A stretch of 63,021 nucleotides of DNA, filler included. It is 10 parts of 10 records of this genome, joined end to end, with 100 filler letters (N's around TTAATTAATTAA, not from the genome) between each part and the next. Parts side by side here need not be neighbours in the genome. Positions count along the whole stretch, not along the records: positions 25,038 to 30,510 come from SRR31156797_48353; positions 30,611 to 38,502 come from SRR31156797_48361; positions 38,603 to 45,602 come from SRR31156797_48380; 7 more parts are not named here. One strand, 5' to 3'. The notes below the pieces were generated by a model. That model was not told where the DNA came from and did no database searches. It was given only the letters and a program-made list of their open reading frames with translations. The translations under genes were made by a program, and so were the position numbers. Shown here piece after piece: positions 27,680 through 38,629 of this stretch (within the stretch, counting starts at the first letter, position 1; every line of letters starts with the position of its first letter).

Positions 27680-30510
27680 TGGCATTAATCAAGGCTTTTG
27701 CCAAAAACCCGGTATTTGCAAACCTTGCCATGGTCGCCATCCTCATGGCAGGTATCCTGGCCGGAACGGTCATGATCCGGGAGGATATGCCAGAAATGGA
27801 TCTGGACACCATCACCGTGACTGTGACCTACGCCGGTGCCGATCCCGAGGAAATCGAGGAAGGGATCTCCCGCAAGGTCGAGGATGCCATAGACGGACTG
27901 GAAGGTATCGACGAATACGAGTCAAAATCCTCTGAAGGTTCTTCGGTGACTATTATTACCGTAACTGACGGATATGATGCAGACCGCCTTCTGGACCGTG
28001 TAAGAAACGAGGTGGACAGCATCAACACCTTTCCCGATGATGCGGACAGCCCTTCCATTGTCCGGCCGTCTATCCAAAAGGCTGTTATCAGTTTAGGGCT
28101 TGTCAGCAATATGGATGAAGCCCGGTTAAAAGAATGGGCAGACACCATAAAAAAAGAGATCCAGCGCTTACCCGGTGTCAGCCAGGTCAATCTTTCCGGT
28201 ACCCGGGCCTATGAGATTTCCATTGAACTTTCCCAGGATACCCTGCGCAAATACAACCTGACCGTCAGTGACGTGGCCGATATTATCACGGCAAGCAGCC
28301 TGAATCAGTTTGCCGGCACTTTGAGAACCTCTGCCGAAGATATCCGGTTGCGTACCATGGGCCGCAAATACACGGGCCAGGAGCTGGAGAATATCAAGAT
28401 CATTTCAGGAGATGCCGGCCAGACTGTTTTTCTCAAAGATATTGCCTGGATAAAGGACCGGTTCACCGAAGACAATCTATCCATCAGGGCCAACGGCCGG
28501 CCTGCCGTGTTGATCAATGTTCTGGCAGGAGACGAGGATACCATTCGAATTGCCGATACGGTCAAGGCCTTTCAGGCCGAGAAAAACAAAACGCTTCCTG
28601 AAGGTTCCGAAATCATCATCCTGTCCGACAATACCGAGAGTACACGGTCCAATCTGGATACCCTATACTCCAATGCAGTCATGGGGCTTGTGCTGGTTTT
28701 TGTATTGCTCTGGCTCTTTATGGATACCAAAATTTCTTTCTGGGCCGGTATGGGTATTCCCATTTCCCTGTTCGGCGGCCTTGCCATTGTACATTTTGCA
28801 GGGATCTCGTTGAACAAGATTACCTTATTCGGCTTGATCATGGTTTTAGGTATTGTGGCGGATGACGCTATTGTGGTGGGCGAATCCATTTTCTATCATA
28901 AAACAAATGGGGCTTCTGGTTTGGATGCAGTGGTGAAAGGCGTGTCTGAAATCGGGTTGCCGGTGGTAGCGGCCATTTTTACCACAGTTGTGGCATTTTT
29001 GCCCCTTTACCACATCGACGGCATGATGGGCAAATTCATCGTGGCACTGCCCACGGCCGTGATTGCCTGTCTTATGATTTCCCTTGTGGAATGCATGATC
29101 ATGCTGCCGGCCCATCTGTCAGGGACATCCGGCCACACGCCTGGCATAATAAGGAAAAATCGTATTTTTCATGCAATTGAAAAGTTTCACGACCGGTCCG
29201 TGGCCAGTATGGAATGGGCCGCGCAAAAGGTTTACCTGCCGGTGCTCAAAACCAGTGTACGCTTCAGATACCTGTTTGCAAGTCTTTGTGTCATGTTTCT
29301 TCTGATCGTTGCGGGGCTGGTCATGGGTGGATTTATCAAGTTTAACGTATTTCCCAAGCAGGCCTCATCTATCGTTGTGGCTACGGTGGAATTTCCCCAA
29401 GGGACGCCTTTTGAGGTGACCAGCCGTGCCGTAGACCGGATTGAAGCTGCCGCTTCCGAGGCGGCAGGCCGGTTTACCACCTTGTCCGGTGAACCTTTGA
29501 TCGAAAACATTCTGTCCACGGTGGGCCAGGGCGCAGGTGAAAAAGCAGGCAACTCGGATTCTTCATCTCCCCACACGGGCGGGGTCCGGGTCTCCATGAT
29601 AGATCCAGAGGAAAGCGGGGTTCATTCCGATGCCTTTATCACGGCTTGGGAAGACGCCTGTGGCCACATTGCCGGGGTCCAGTCCCTGGATTTCTCCGCT
29701 TCCAATTCAGGCCCTCCCGGGGCGCCTGTGGAGATCTGTCTCCAGGGAGAAGACCTGGCCCAGATGTCTGCTGCCGCTGATGTTATCATGTCCAAACTCA
29801 ATACCATTGACGGGGTCTCCCAAGTCTATTCGGATAATGCCCCGGGTAAAAACGAGTTGAAATTTCATATTAAGCCCGAAGCCGAGTACTTAGGCATCAG
29901 CCTGTCGGATTTGGCCACCCAGATCCAGGCCGCTTATTACGGTGCCCAAGCCCTTGAAATCCAGCGGGACAACGATGAAGTGGATGTTTATGTCCGGCTC
30001 AGTGAAGAAGAGCGCCGGACCCGGGATTCCATAAGAGACTTTTATATCAAAACCGATGATAACACCTGGGTTCCCCTGTCCGCAGTTGCCGATATTACCT
30101 TTGAACCGGGATTTTCCACCATCATCCGCAAAAACGGATTCCGCCAGATCATGGTCTCGGCCAAGGTGGATACGGCAAAAATTGTGGCCAGGGAAGTGCT
30201 TTCAAGTCTTGAGCAAAGCGTGTTCAAGCAAATCCGGGCCGATTTCCCTGATATGGGTATCGTGCTTGAAGGGGATGCCAAGCGGTCGGCAGAATCCTTC
30301 GGCAGCCTGTATATCTGGATTCCCATTTCCATTATGGGCATGTTTGTGATCATCGCCACCATGTTCCGGTCCTATATCCAGCCCTTTCTGATCCTGATGA
30401 CCATTCCCTTCGGCCTGGTCGGTGCCGTTTTAGGCCATTTTGTCATGGGACATATGTTGTCGCTGCTGTCGGTTTTCGGCATGGTGGCCCTGTCCGGGGT
30501 GGTGGTCAAT
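27676..30510 (+). CDS. RND efflux permease (AcrB/AcrD/AcrF family), 3'-truncated
   Basis: GADPEEIE, GIVADDAIVVGE, TTVVAFLP, IPFGLVGA, GVVVN. Confidence 0.93.
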
Positions 30511-30610
30511 NNNNNNNNNNNNNNNNNNNNNNNNNNNNNNNNNNNNNNNNNNNNTTAATTAATTAANNNNNNNNNNNNNNNNNNNNNNNNNNNNNNNNNN
30601 NNNNNNNNNN
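30511..30610. other. artificial contig spacer
   Basis: N44-TTAATTAATTAA-N44. Confidence 0.98.
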
Positions 30611-30796
30611 GAGGAAATGCATGAAAGCCAGAATGACGCCACCTGCATGATCAATGGTATGAAATGAAAGGTTCTTGATATACTTGCCGTGCAGGTATGA
30701 TGCGACTAATTGATTACCTGGCAGATAACTTGCGCTTATACGCGTAGTCCAGCGGTCCAGAACTTGGCGTTTATATGGTATGTCAACGTATGGGGG

Positions 30797-31739
30797 GTGC
30801 AGAAAGCAGTATTCCTGTTCCCGTGTTATGTAGGGAGCATGGAATGAGTAACGCTAAGTTTTTACAATTGGCGCTCGAAATACGGTGGAATGGACGCTTC
30901 TCTGATGGCACGCTTTAAAGAACCCGAAGAGAAAAATAGACGGTTTAAAAAGATGTATGCTGAGAAGAAAGGTTGAAAGCCGTCTCAAAAACGCGAGATG
31001 GCTTTAGAAACTGTAGCGCAGAAGAACATCAGTATTCGCAAGGCATGTGCTTTTTTCAATATCAGCGAAGGGTGTTATCGTTACCAGTCTAAGCTATCAG
31101 CTGAAAACGAAAAAATTGCTGATTGGCTTGTTCGCATAACAACCAGTCAAAGAACCTGGGGGTTCGGGCTCTGCTTTCTGAACCTCCGCAATGTGAAGGG
31201 ATTTGGACGGAAGGAACCACAAGCGTGTTTATCGAATTTACTGCGAGCTCGAGTTGAATATGCGCATAAAGCCCTAGAAATGAATTATTCGTGAGCAACC
31301 AGAAGCGTTAACTGTCCCGGCAAAGGAAAACGAAAGCTGGTCAATGGACTATATGCACGACCAATTGGCAGATGGCCGTTCAATAAGACTCTTGAACGTA
31401 GATGATGATTTTAATCGTGAATCACTGGAAATAGAGATAGATTTTTTCGCTACCTGCTGAAAGGGTAAAAAGAACAATATAAATCTAAGTTATATTCAGC
31501 CGGGAAACCCGCAGCAAAACGCCTATATTGAAAGATTTAACCGTACAGTACGCTACGACTGGCTCAATCAGTATGTTTTTCATACTCTTGCTGAGGTGCA
31601 GGATCACGCTACAAATTGGCAACGGCTATATAGCAACGAACGGACCAATATGGGATTAGGTGGAATCACGCCAATACAGAGATTGGCAAAGGCCTCATAG
31701 TTTCGACTCATGAATGCTACTAAAAATGGTATGACTACC
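30797..31739 (+). mobile_element. degenerate IS3-family insertion sequence (IS407-group-like)
   Basis: Broken OrfA (LCREHGMS..., YGGMDAS) and OrfB ([41 protein letters not shown]) with frameshifts and an internal deletion. Boundaries approximate. Confidence 0.85.
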
Positions 31740-31914
31740 AAAGAATGCTGCGAGATTAAGCCTGAGCTAGTACAGTTAATCCCAGTCAACAAGGCATCTT
31801 TTTGCAAAAGTATTTACTTTTGAAATAACCAGGATTCTGGGATTATGTATTCTGTTGCACTTCATTTTGAGCCCCAGCTTTTAGTCGCCACAGCTCTTTT
31901 CTATAAAGTTGAAC

Positions 31915-32274
31915 TTAAACGGCAGTTCCCTGGCCGGCAGCCTTAACTACTACAGAAAATGCATTGGGATCGACAATAGCCAAATTAGAAAGTACTTTAC
32001 GATCAAGTTCAATGCTGTTTTTGTGCATTCCGCCTACAAATCTAGAATAATTGGTACCATTGGCTTTTGCAGCAGCACTGATACGGGTAATCCAAAGTTT
32101 GCGAAATTCTCTCTTCTTGGTGCGACGATCACGATAAGCATAGCAAAGTGCACGATCGACAGCCTCGGTAGCTGTTCGAAAGAGACGACTCTTGCCGCCA
32201 CGAAAACCTTTTGCCATGTTTAATACTTTATTTCTTCTGCGGCGTGCTTTAAATCCGCGAGTAACACGAGCCAT
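31915..32274 (-). CDS. rplT: 50S ribosomal protein L20
   Basis: MARV...AKGFRG...YAYRDRR.KKR.FR.LWI.RI. Confidence 0.98.
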   Translation of the reverse strand: MARVTRGFKARRRRNKVLNMAKGFRGGKSRLFRTATEAVDRALCYAYRDRRTKKREFRKLWITRISAAAKANGTNYSRFVGGMHKNSIELDRKVLSNLAIVDPNAFSVVVKAAGQGTAV

Positions 32275-32344
32275 ATTTTACTCCAATACGTTCTCTTATA
32301 ATAAAAACTCTTTATCTAATCCAACAAGGCTGCGTCTGTATTGT

Positions 32345-32542
32345 CTACAGGTAAGGCAACAGACGCTTGATTGCTTTAGTGTCGCATTCTGCGATCAACC
32401 CGTTTTTACGCAAATTTCTTTTACGTTTGGTTGATTTTTTGGTCAGAATGTGCGAGGTAAAGGCTTTGCTGCGGCGAATTTTACCGGAACCTGTGGCACG
32501 AAACCGTTTAGCCGCACCTCTGCTTGTCTTCATCTTTGGCAT
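32345..32542 (-). CDS. rpmI: 50S ribosomal protein L35
   Basis: MPKMKT.RGAAKRF..TGSGK...HILTKK. Confidence 0.98.
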   Translation of the reverse strand: MPKMKTSRGAAKRFRATGSGKIRRSKAFTSHILTKKSTKRKRNLRKNGLIAECDTKAIKRLLPYL

Positions 32543-32627
32543 TACTAAATCTCCTTATATTGCTATTTCCTGCTCTCCCCTGCCGGGTAGATTTCAGGAA
32601 GTTTCCTTATCCGTTCAATACTACTAA

Positions 32628-33173
32628 TCAAGCTTTTGGACCAACAAACATTACGAGCTGCCTTCCTTCCATTTTTGGTTCCTGAAGAATCACGCAATCT
32701 TCTCGCAAGGAGTCAGCTATCTTGTTAAGAGCGGCAAGTCCTATCGATTGTGCATATACGATTTCTCTACCGCGAAAACGCATAGTAACCTTCACCTTGT
32801 TTTTAGCGTCAAGGAACTGCCTAATTTTCTTAATTTTAAAATTAAGGTCATGTGTTTCCGTCTTTGGCCTGAACTTAATTTCTTTTGTCTCGATAACTGT
32901 TTGCTTTTTCTTGGCTTCTTGCTGCTTCTTCTTCAACTCGTAACGATATTTGTCATAATTCATGACCCGACAGACAGGAGGATCTGCTTTGTCGGATACT
33001 TCAACCAAGTCTAATCCTTGATCATATGCAATATCAAGAGCTTCTTTTGCACTTACTACACCGCGCTGCGTGCCATCAGCATCAACCAGGCGAACCTGAG
33101 GATAGTTAATATCTTCGTTAGTCTTTACCTTGATTTCCTGCTGCTGTGGAAGTTTTCTGCCTCGTCTTTTAAT
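32628..33173 (-). CDS. infC: translation initiation factor IF-3 (ATT start)
   Basis: Frame extends upstream of the ORF-track call to ATT at 33173 with GGAGG RBS; N..I....VRLV, LDLVEV...PPVC, FRGRE. Confidence 0.95.
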   Translation of the reverse strand: MKRRGRKLPQQQEIKVKTNEDINYPQVRLVDADGTQRGVVSAKEALDIAYDQGLDLVEVSDKADPPVCRVMNYDKYRYELKKKQQEAKKKQTVIETKEIKFRPKTETHDLNFKIKKIRQFLDAKNKVKVTMRFRGREIVYAQSIGLAALNKIADSLREDCVILQEPKMEGRQLVMFVGPKA

Positions 33174-33215
33174 GTCCGTTCCTCCAGTTGTTTTACTCTG
33201 CTATGCCCAAGGTAT

Positions 33216-35141
33216 TCAGGCTGTTACCTCTTCGCATTCTTTCTCAACAAATTCAACAAACTGTTCCGGTCGCATGGGTGGCAGGTTTTTGCCATTTCGC
33301 ATTCGTACGGTTACAGTGCCTTCTTCTTTTTCGCGCTCGCCGACAATAAGCATATAAGAAATTTTTTTGAGCTGAGCTTCGCGAATTTTGTAGTTAAGTT
33401 TTTCATTGCGCAGGTCTTTGCTAATACGGATACCGGCTTTTCGCAACTGGTTAAAGACCCGTTTGCAGTATTCACCCTGATCATCTGTAATATTCATGAT
33501 ACGGGCTTGCTCAGGGGCCATCCATAATGGGAACCCACCAGCATAATGTTCAATTAGAATACCTATAAATCGTTCCAAAGAACCCATCAGTGCACGATGA
33601 ATCATGATCGGCTGATGTTCCGCCCCGTCTTCACCAGTGTATGTCATCTGGAAACGTTCCGGAAGGTTAAAGTCTACCTGAATGGTAGAACACTGCCACG
33701 AACGACCAAGCTGATCTTTGATTTTGATATCTATTTTAGGGCCGTAAAAAACACCTTCTCCTGGATCAATAGAGTAGTTAAGCCCTTTTTTCTCCAGTGC
33801 CTGCTTGAGTGCATCTGTTGACAATTCCCAGTGCTCATCAGAACCTACATATTTTTCAGGACGGGTAGAGAGATATACATCATAATCATCAAAACCAAAA
33901 GTTTTGAGAATATGCAAATTCAAATCAATAATATTGAAGATTTCGTCTTCGAGCTGATCAGGACGACAAAAAATGTGGGCGTCATCCTGAGTGAATCCTC
34001 TGACACGCATTAGACCATGAAGGGCACCAGTTCGCTCGTATCTATATACCGTACCAAGTTCACACCAGCGAATTGGGAATTCGCGGTAACTGTGCTTGCT
34101 TGCATTGTATACACCTATATGAAACGGGCAATTCATCGGTTTCAACTGGTACATCACCTCATCAATTTCCATGGCGGAGTACATATTATCGCCATAAAAG
34201 TCGAGGTGCCCAGATGTTTTCCACAAATCTTGACGGGCGATATGCGGAGTGTAAAGTAACTCGTAACCGCTTTTGTAATGCTCTTCTTTCCAGTAGTCTT
34301 CGATCAACTTGCGAAGCAATGCACCTTTTGGCTGCCATAAAATAAGACCGGGACCGATCTCATCCTGAATGGTGAACAGCCCTAGTTCTTTACCAAGTTT
34401 CCGGTGATCTCTCTTCTTGGCTTCTTCCAACTGGTTGAGGTAGCGCTTCAGTTCTTTTTTGTCGGTGAATGCTGTCCCGTAAATACGGGTGAGCATCTGA
34501 TTTTTTTCATCACCACGCCAATATGAACCGGCAACCCGCAGCAACTTGAACACTTTCAGCCAGGAAGAATCGGGGATATGCGGACCGCGACACAGATCTA
34601 CAAAGCTATCCTGCTTGTAAATGGAAACTGTCTCGGCCTCCATATCATTAAGCAATTCTACCTTATAGCTTTCACCTAATTCGTCAAAAAGACTAATTGC
34701 TTCTTCCTTTGTAACTTCCAGCCTTTCAAACGGCAACCGGCCTGAAGCAATTTCTGCCATTTTCTTTTCTATGGCTTCAAAATCATCTGGCGAAAAAGCT
34801 TTTTCCTTATCAAAATCATAATAAAAGCCATCACTGATAGAAGGCCCAATGGCAACTTTCACATCATTACCATAAATATGTTTCACAGCCAGCGCCATGA
34901 TATGGGCAGTGGAGTGCCGCAGTATATCAAGCCCCTGTTCAGATGCGATTAAAATAGGCTCCAACACAGAATCTTTGGTTAACGAAGTACCGAGATCGGA
35001 AGGCAGTCCATTGCAAACAGATGCAACAATTTGTTTGCGCTGTTTATTTGAAACTAAGTCCTTGAGAGCCTCAGCAATTGTAATCCCTGAAGCAAACTGC
35101 TTTTGTTCTCCGTCCTGAACCGAGACTGCTATCTGTGTCAT
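33216..35141 (-). CDS. thrS: threonine--tRNA ligase
   Basis: RHSTAH, DLCRGPH, RDHRKLG, KPMNCP, FYGPKID, MIHRA..GS.ERF; start placed at MTQIAV. Confidence 0.98.
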   Translation of the reverse strand: MTQIAVSVQDGEQKQFASGITIAEALKDLVSNKQRKQIVASVCNGLPSDLGTSLTKDSVLEPILIASEQGLDILRHSTAHIMALAVKHIYGNDVKVAIGPSISDGFYYDFDKEKAFSPDDFEAIEKKMAEIASGRLPFERLEVTKEEAISLFDELGESYKVELLNDMEAETVSIYKQDSFVDLCRGPHIPDSSWLKVFKLLRVAGSYWRGDEKNQMLTRIYGTAFTDKKELKRYLNQLEEAKKRDHRKLGKELGLFTIQDEIGPGLILWQPKGALLRKLIEDYWKEEHYKSGYELLYTPHIARQDLWKTSGHLDFYGDNMYSAMEIDEVMYQLKPMNCPFHIGVYNASKHSYREFPIRWCELGTVYRYERTGALHGLMRVRGFTQDDAHIFCRPDQLEDEIFNIIDLNLHILKTFGFDDYDVYLSTRPEKYVGSDEHWELSTDALKQALEKKGLNYSIDPGEGVFYGPKIDIKIKDQLGRSWQCSTIQVDFNLPERFQMTYTGEDGAEHQPIMIHRALMGSLERFIGILIEHYAGGFPLWMAPEQARIMNITDDQGEYCKRVFNQLRKAGIRISKDLRNEKLNYKIREAQLKKISYMLIVGEREKEEGTVTVRMRNGKNLPPMRPEQFVEFVEKECEEVTA

Positions 35142-35213
35142 TATTGCCTGTAAATAGGAAAGGCTAATGATCAAGGGACAAACTTATCCCCTGCATCCTA
35201 GCCTTTATTATTC

Positions 35214-35288
35214 TGGTAGGCGCGGGCGGTGTCGAACCGCCGACTTCTACCACGTCAAGGTAGCGCTCTCCCGCTGAGCTACGCGCCT
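35214..35288 (-). tRNA. tRNA-Val(GAC)
   Basis: AGGCGCGTAGCTCAGCGGGAGAGCGCTACCTT-GAC-GTGGTAGAAGTCGGCGGTTCGACACCGCCCGCGCCTACCA folds as a cloverleaf with CCA end. Confidence 0.97.
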
Positions 35289-35491
35289 ACATCTTATTAT
35301 GTTTACTTGGACTTTATTGAAAAGCCTTATGGGAAAAACTGTAATTAAATACCTGCAATCACCCAATGTGTCAAGAAAAAATGCCATCTTGATCCAAAAG
35401 AGGTCTTTTTTCTTTAAAAAAAACTCGGTTTCCCTATCCATACTACTCGCCTACACATCCTGCACCCAATCCTTTCCACACCGAATCTCGC

Positions 35492-36094
35492 TCAAACCAA
35501 AGCCTGTCTCGATTCTATTGCTCTGCCAAGTGTGTGAATATCTGCATATTTAATATCCATCCCCATTGGGATACCGCATGCTAGGCGACTGGTCGCAACC
35601 GGACTTTTTTGCAGCAGGTTTGCAAGATAAGCTGCTGTTGCCTCACCTGGTACAGTGGAACTGGTGGCAAGGACGACTTCTTTAATATCACCGGCTTGAA
35701 TTCTTTTAAACAATTCTTTTATCTTGAGTTCATCAGGCCCGATGCCATCCATGGGCGATAATGCTCCATGGAGTATATGGTAGACACCTTTAAAAACAGC
35801 TGTTTTTTCGATAGCTAATAAATCGCCTGGTTCCTCGACAACACAAACCACATCATTCTTGCGTCGAACATCACTGCACACATCACACGGATCAGTCTCT
35901 GAAAAAGTAAAACAGACGCTGCACAACTGTATGGATTTATGCAGCTCCGCTAATGCTTCAGCAAGTCTCTTGGCATCAGTTCGAGGTTTGCGAAGAATGT
36001 GCAGTGCAAGTCGAGTCGCTGTTTTCTCCCCTATTCCGGGGAAACATCCAAGTTCTTTGATCAAGCGTTCCAGCGCCGGAGGCACAATATGCAT
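35492..36094 (-). CDS. recR: recombination mediator RecR
   Basis: PGIG.KTA.RLA, C4 zinc finger, YH.L.G.LSP.DGIGP; start placed at MHIVPPA. Confidence 0.96.
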   Translation of the reverse strand: MHIVPPALERLIKELGCFPGIGEKTATRLALHILRKPRTDAKRLAEALAELHKSIQLCSVCFTFSETDPCDVCSDVRRKNDVVCVVEEPGDLLAIEKTAVFKGVYHILHGALSPMDGIGPDELKIKELFKRIQAGDIKEVVLATSSTVPGEATAAYLANLLQKSPVATSRLACGIPMGMDIKYADIHTLGRAIESRQALV

Positions 36095-36104
36095 GGTCGT
36101 TAGC

Positions 36105-36413
36105 CTAAAATAATCCAGGGATATTGACACCGCCGGTTAACTTGCCCATTTCCGCCTTGCTAGCCTCTTTGGCCTTCTGCAACCCATCATTGACTGCTGC
36201 GGTAACCAGGTCTTCCAGCATTTGAACATCTTCCGCGTTAACAACTCCTGGTTCTATATGGAGACTAAGCAGCTCACTGTTCCCATTGACGGTTGCCGTT
36301 ACCATTCCAGCACCGGCGATGCCGGTCACTGTTGTTTTTCCTAGTTCCTGTTGAATGTCGCTCAGCTTAGCTTGAAATTGCTGAGCCTGCTTCATCAAGT
36401 CGCCCATATTCAT
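36105..36413 (-). CDS. ybaB: YbaB/EbfC nucleoid-associated protein
   Basis: MKQAQ..Q, G.AG.GMV, MLEDLV.AA.ND; lies between dnaX and recR. Confidence 0.95.
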   Translation of the reverse strand: MNMGDLMKQAQQFQAKLSDIQQELGKTTVTGIAGAGMVTATVNGNSELLSLHIEPGVVNAEDVQMLEDLVTAAVNDGLQKAKEASKAEMGKLTGGVNIPGLF

Positions 36414-36430
36414 AGTTCGTGATTTCCTCT

Positions 36431-38386
36431 TTACTCTTCTGTAGGAATGTCAGTCGGACTGTTCGCTCCAGACGATTTATCCTGTTCACTTTTCTTTCTA
36501 AACCTGGGCCCTGTACGAATATCACCGACCTGCCCATTAAAGATTTCGACTGCTGTCAGCACCAATGGATCGTTTGCCAGAGCCCTGCGCTCCAGATGCG
36601 GTTTTTGTCCGTTCTCTGTATTTATTTCGCAATTCTGCCCTTCTGGCACATCAAAACGAATAGTGAGGTTTTTCTGAAAAAAATCAAGAAAAAATTCAGT
36701 TAATGGTTGAATATATTTTTTCTGCCTCAACAAACTGCACTCTATACTGTCATCGAACTGAACGACTAACTCCTCCCCAACCTGTTTCACAGATGAGGCC
36801 CGCTGCAAAGATGCAGACATCCACGGTTGCCGCTCACGAACATAGGCGATAAATCCATCCCAGTCACGGCGAATATTTTTTTTGGCCCCTACCTGCTCAA
36901 CTGCAGGGCTTGACGCATCCTGCTCCAAGGGCTGTTCTAAATCGCCTGCGGCAGTGTCCAGCTGTGCAGGAATCGTGGTCGTAACTTCAGGCAATTCTGG
37001 TTCTTCAGGTGCCACTGCTTCCTTAGGTGGGCTTGGTCTAACTGGACGCTCTTGCTCTGCAATGACTGCAGTTGCGACCGGTGGTATCCCTTGCGCATCG
37101 ACTGTCGATACAGATTCTATGGGTTCCATGACAGGCTCTTTACTGGCCGAATAAGTGGCTGGTGGAGCAGGTTGAGCTTGTTTCTCAGCGGTCGCCTGAG
37201 CAACAGGAGACGTTATTTGGGACAGCTGATCAATAACTGTTTCCGGAACCCCTGACAGCAAGCCATCAAACCGGGTGATGAGCTCTCCTACCGGTACGAC
37301 ATTACCGATCTGGAAAATTTTGATAAAGGTAAGTTCTAATGCGAGTCGCGAATAAGCAGAAAAATGTGCTTTCTCCAGTCCCTCGAGCAGCAAATCAAAT
37401 ATTGCAGTCAGAGTTTCAAGACTATGCCCTGTCACGCTCTGTTGCAGCCGTATCAAATCATCTTCAGGCAGGTCGAAGAATCCTTCTCCAGGGTTAATTT
37501 TACAGATAACAAGATTTCTGAACCAGGATAGCAACTCATTGCTCAACCGTTTAAAATCCATACCCTGGTTATAAATATCTTCAATAAGCACATAAACTGC
37601 ACTTAGATCCCTCTGTAAAAGTGCATCCGCCAGGTCTGCAACTGTCTGGTTATTAACAAGACCCAGCACTTCTACAACATCTTCAACCTTAACATTCTGG
37701 CCGCAGTAGGAAAATATTTGATCCAACAGGCTGAGCCCGTCGCGCACACTCCCCTCTGCCTCACGCACCACCATCTCAAGGGCAGCAGTTTGAATCTGAA
37801 CCTTTTCCTGCTGGGCAAGACTTGCAAAATGGCTTGTCAGTTCCTTACGACTGATTCGTTTAAGTTCGTACCTTTGGCAGCGGGAAAGGATAGTGAGCGG
37901 GACTTTGTGCAACTCCGTGGTTGCGAACATGAAGAATACATGTTCCGGGGGTTCTTCCAAAGTTTTCAGCAACGCATTGAAGGCCTCAGTAGTCAGCATA
38001 TGGACTTCATCAATAATAATGATTTTATACCTGCTGCTGGTAGGCATAAAACGTATCTTATCTTTGAGTTCGCGAATCTCCTGGATCCCTCTGTTGGAGG
38101 CCCCATCGACCTCCTGCAGGTCAATACTGCTCCCTTCGGTTATTTGCAGACACGAAGTACAGGCGTTGCAGGGTTCGGCACCATTTCTGTTTTCACAATT
38201 TAAGGCCTTGGCCATTATGCGCGCTAGAGTTGTCTTACCAGTACCACGAACGCCACTGAATATTAAGGCATGGGCAACCCTTTCCTGCAACAATGCGTTT
38301 TGCAAAGTGCGCACTATCGGTTTTTGGCCCACAACCTCACTAAACAACCGGGGACGATACTTTCTGGCTAAGACAAGATAGGACAA
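36431..38386 (-). CDS. dnaX: DNA polymerase III subunit gamma/tau
   Basis: YLVLARKYRP, G.RGTGKTT, IIDEVHML, SRC; long Pro/Ala/Glu linker before the C-terminal domain. Confidence 0.97.
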   Translation of the reverse strand: MSYLVLARKYRPRLFSEVVGQKPIVRTLQNALLQERVAHALIFSGVRGTGKTTLARIMAKALNCENRNGAEPCNACTSCLQITEGSSIDLQEVDGASNRGIQEIRELKDKIRFMPTSSRYKIIIIDEVHMLTTEAFNALLKTLEEPPEHVFFMFATTELHKVPLTILSRCQRYELKRISRKELTSHFASLAQQEKVQIQTAALEMVVREAEGSVRDGLSLLDQIFSYCGQNVKVEDVVEVLGLVNNQTVADLADALLQRDLSAVYVLIEDIYNQGMDFKRLSNELLSWFRNLVICKINPGEGFFDLPEDDLIRLQQSVTGHSLETLTAIFDLLLEGLEKAHFSAYSRLALELTFIKIFQIGNVVPVGELITRFDGLLSGVPETVIDQLSQITSPVAQATAEKQAQPAPPATYSASKEPVMEPIESVSTVDAQGIPPVATAVIAEQERPVRPSPPKEAVAPEEPELPEVTTTIPAQLDTAAGDLEQPLEQDASSPAVEQVGAKKNIRRDWDGFIAYVRERQPWMSASLQRASSVKQVGEELVVQFDDSIECSLLRQKKYIQPLTEFFLDFFQKNLTIRFDVPEGQNCEINTENGQKPHLERRALANDPLVLTAVEIFNGQVGDIRTGPRFRKKSEQDKSSGANSPTDIPTEE

Positions 38387-38434
38387 ATCGATTTTCCTGG
38401 ATTATATGATCAACACCCGTACACTTAAAAAAAT

Positions 38435-38502
38435 GATAGCCGGGCACCCCTGTAACACACAAAGAGGTTCACTACCGCTGCTTCCTCCCGGACCTGACGG
38501 AG
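38435..38502 (-). ncRNA. ffs: SRP RNA, 5'-truncated
   Basis: Minus strand CCGTCAGGTCCGGGAGGAAGCAGCGG matches SRP domain IV; usual position upstream of dnaX. Confidence 0.9.
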
Positions 38503-38602
38503 NNNNNNNNNNNNNNNNNNNNNNNNNNNNNNNNNNNNNNNNNNNNTTAATTAATTAANNNNNNNNNNNNNNNNNNNNNNNNNNNNNNNNNNNNNNNNNN
38601 NN
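38503..38602. other. artificial contig spacer
   Basis: N44-TTAATTAATTAA-N44. Confidence 0.98.
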
Positions 38603-38629
38603 CAGGTTAAATTATTTCGGACCCGGTCC

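Noticed and set aside
30998-31294. 98-aa ORF as an intact gene
   Set aside because: It is a frameshifted piece of the IS3 OrfB.
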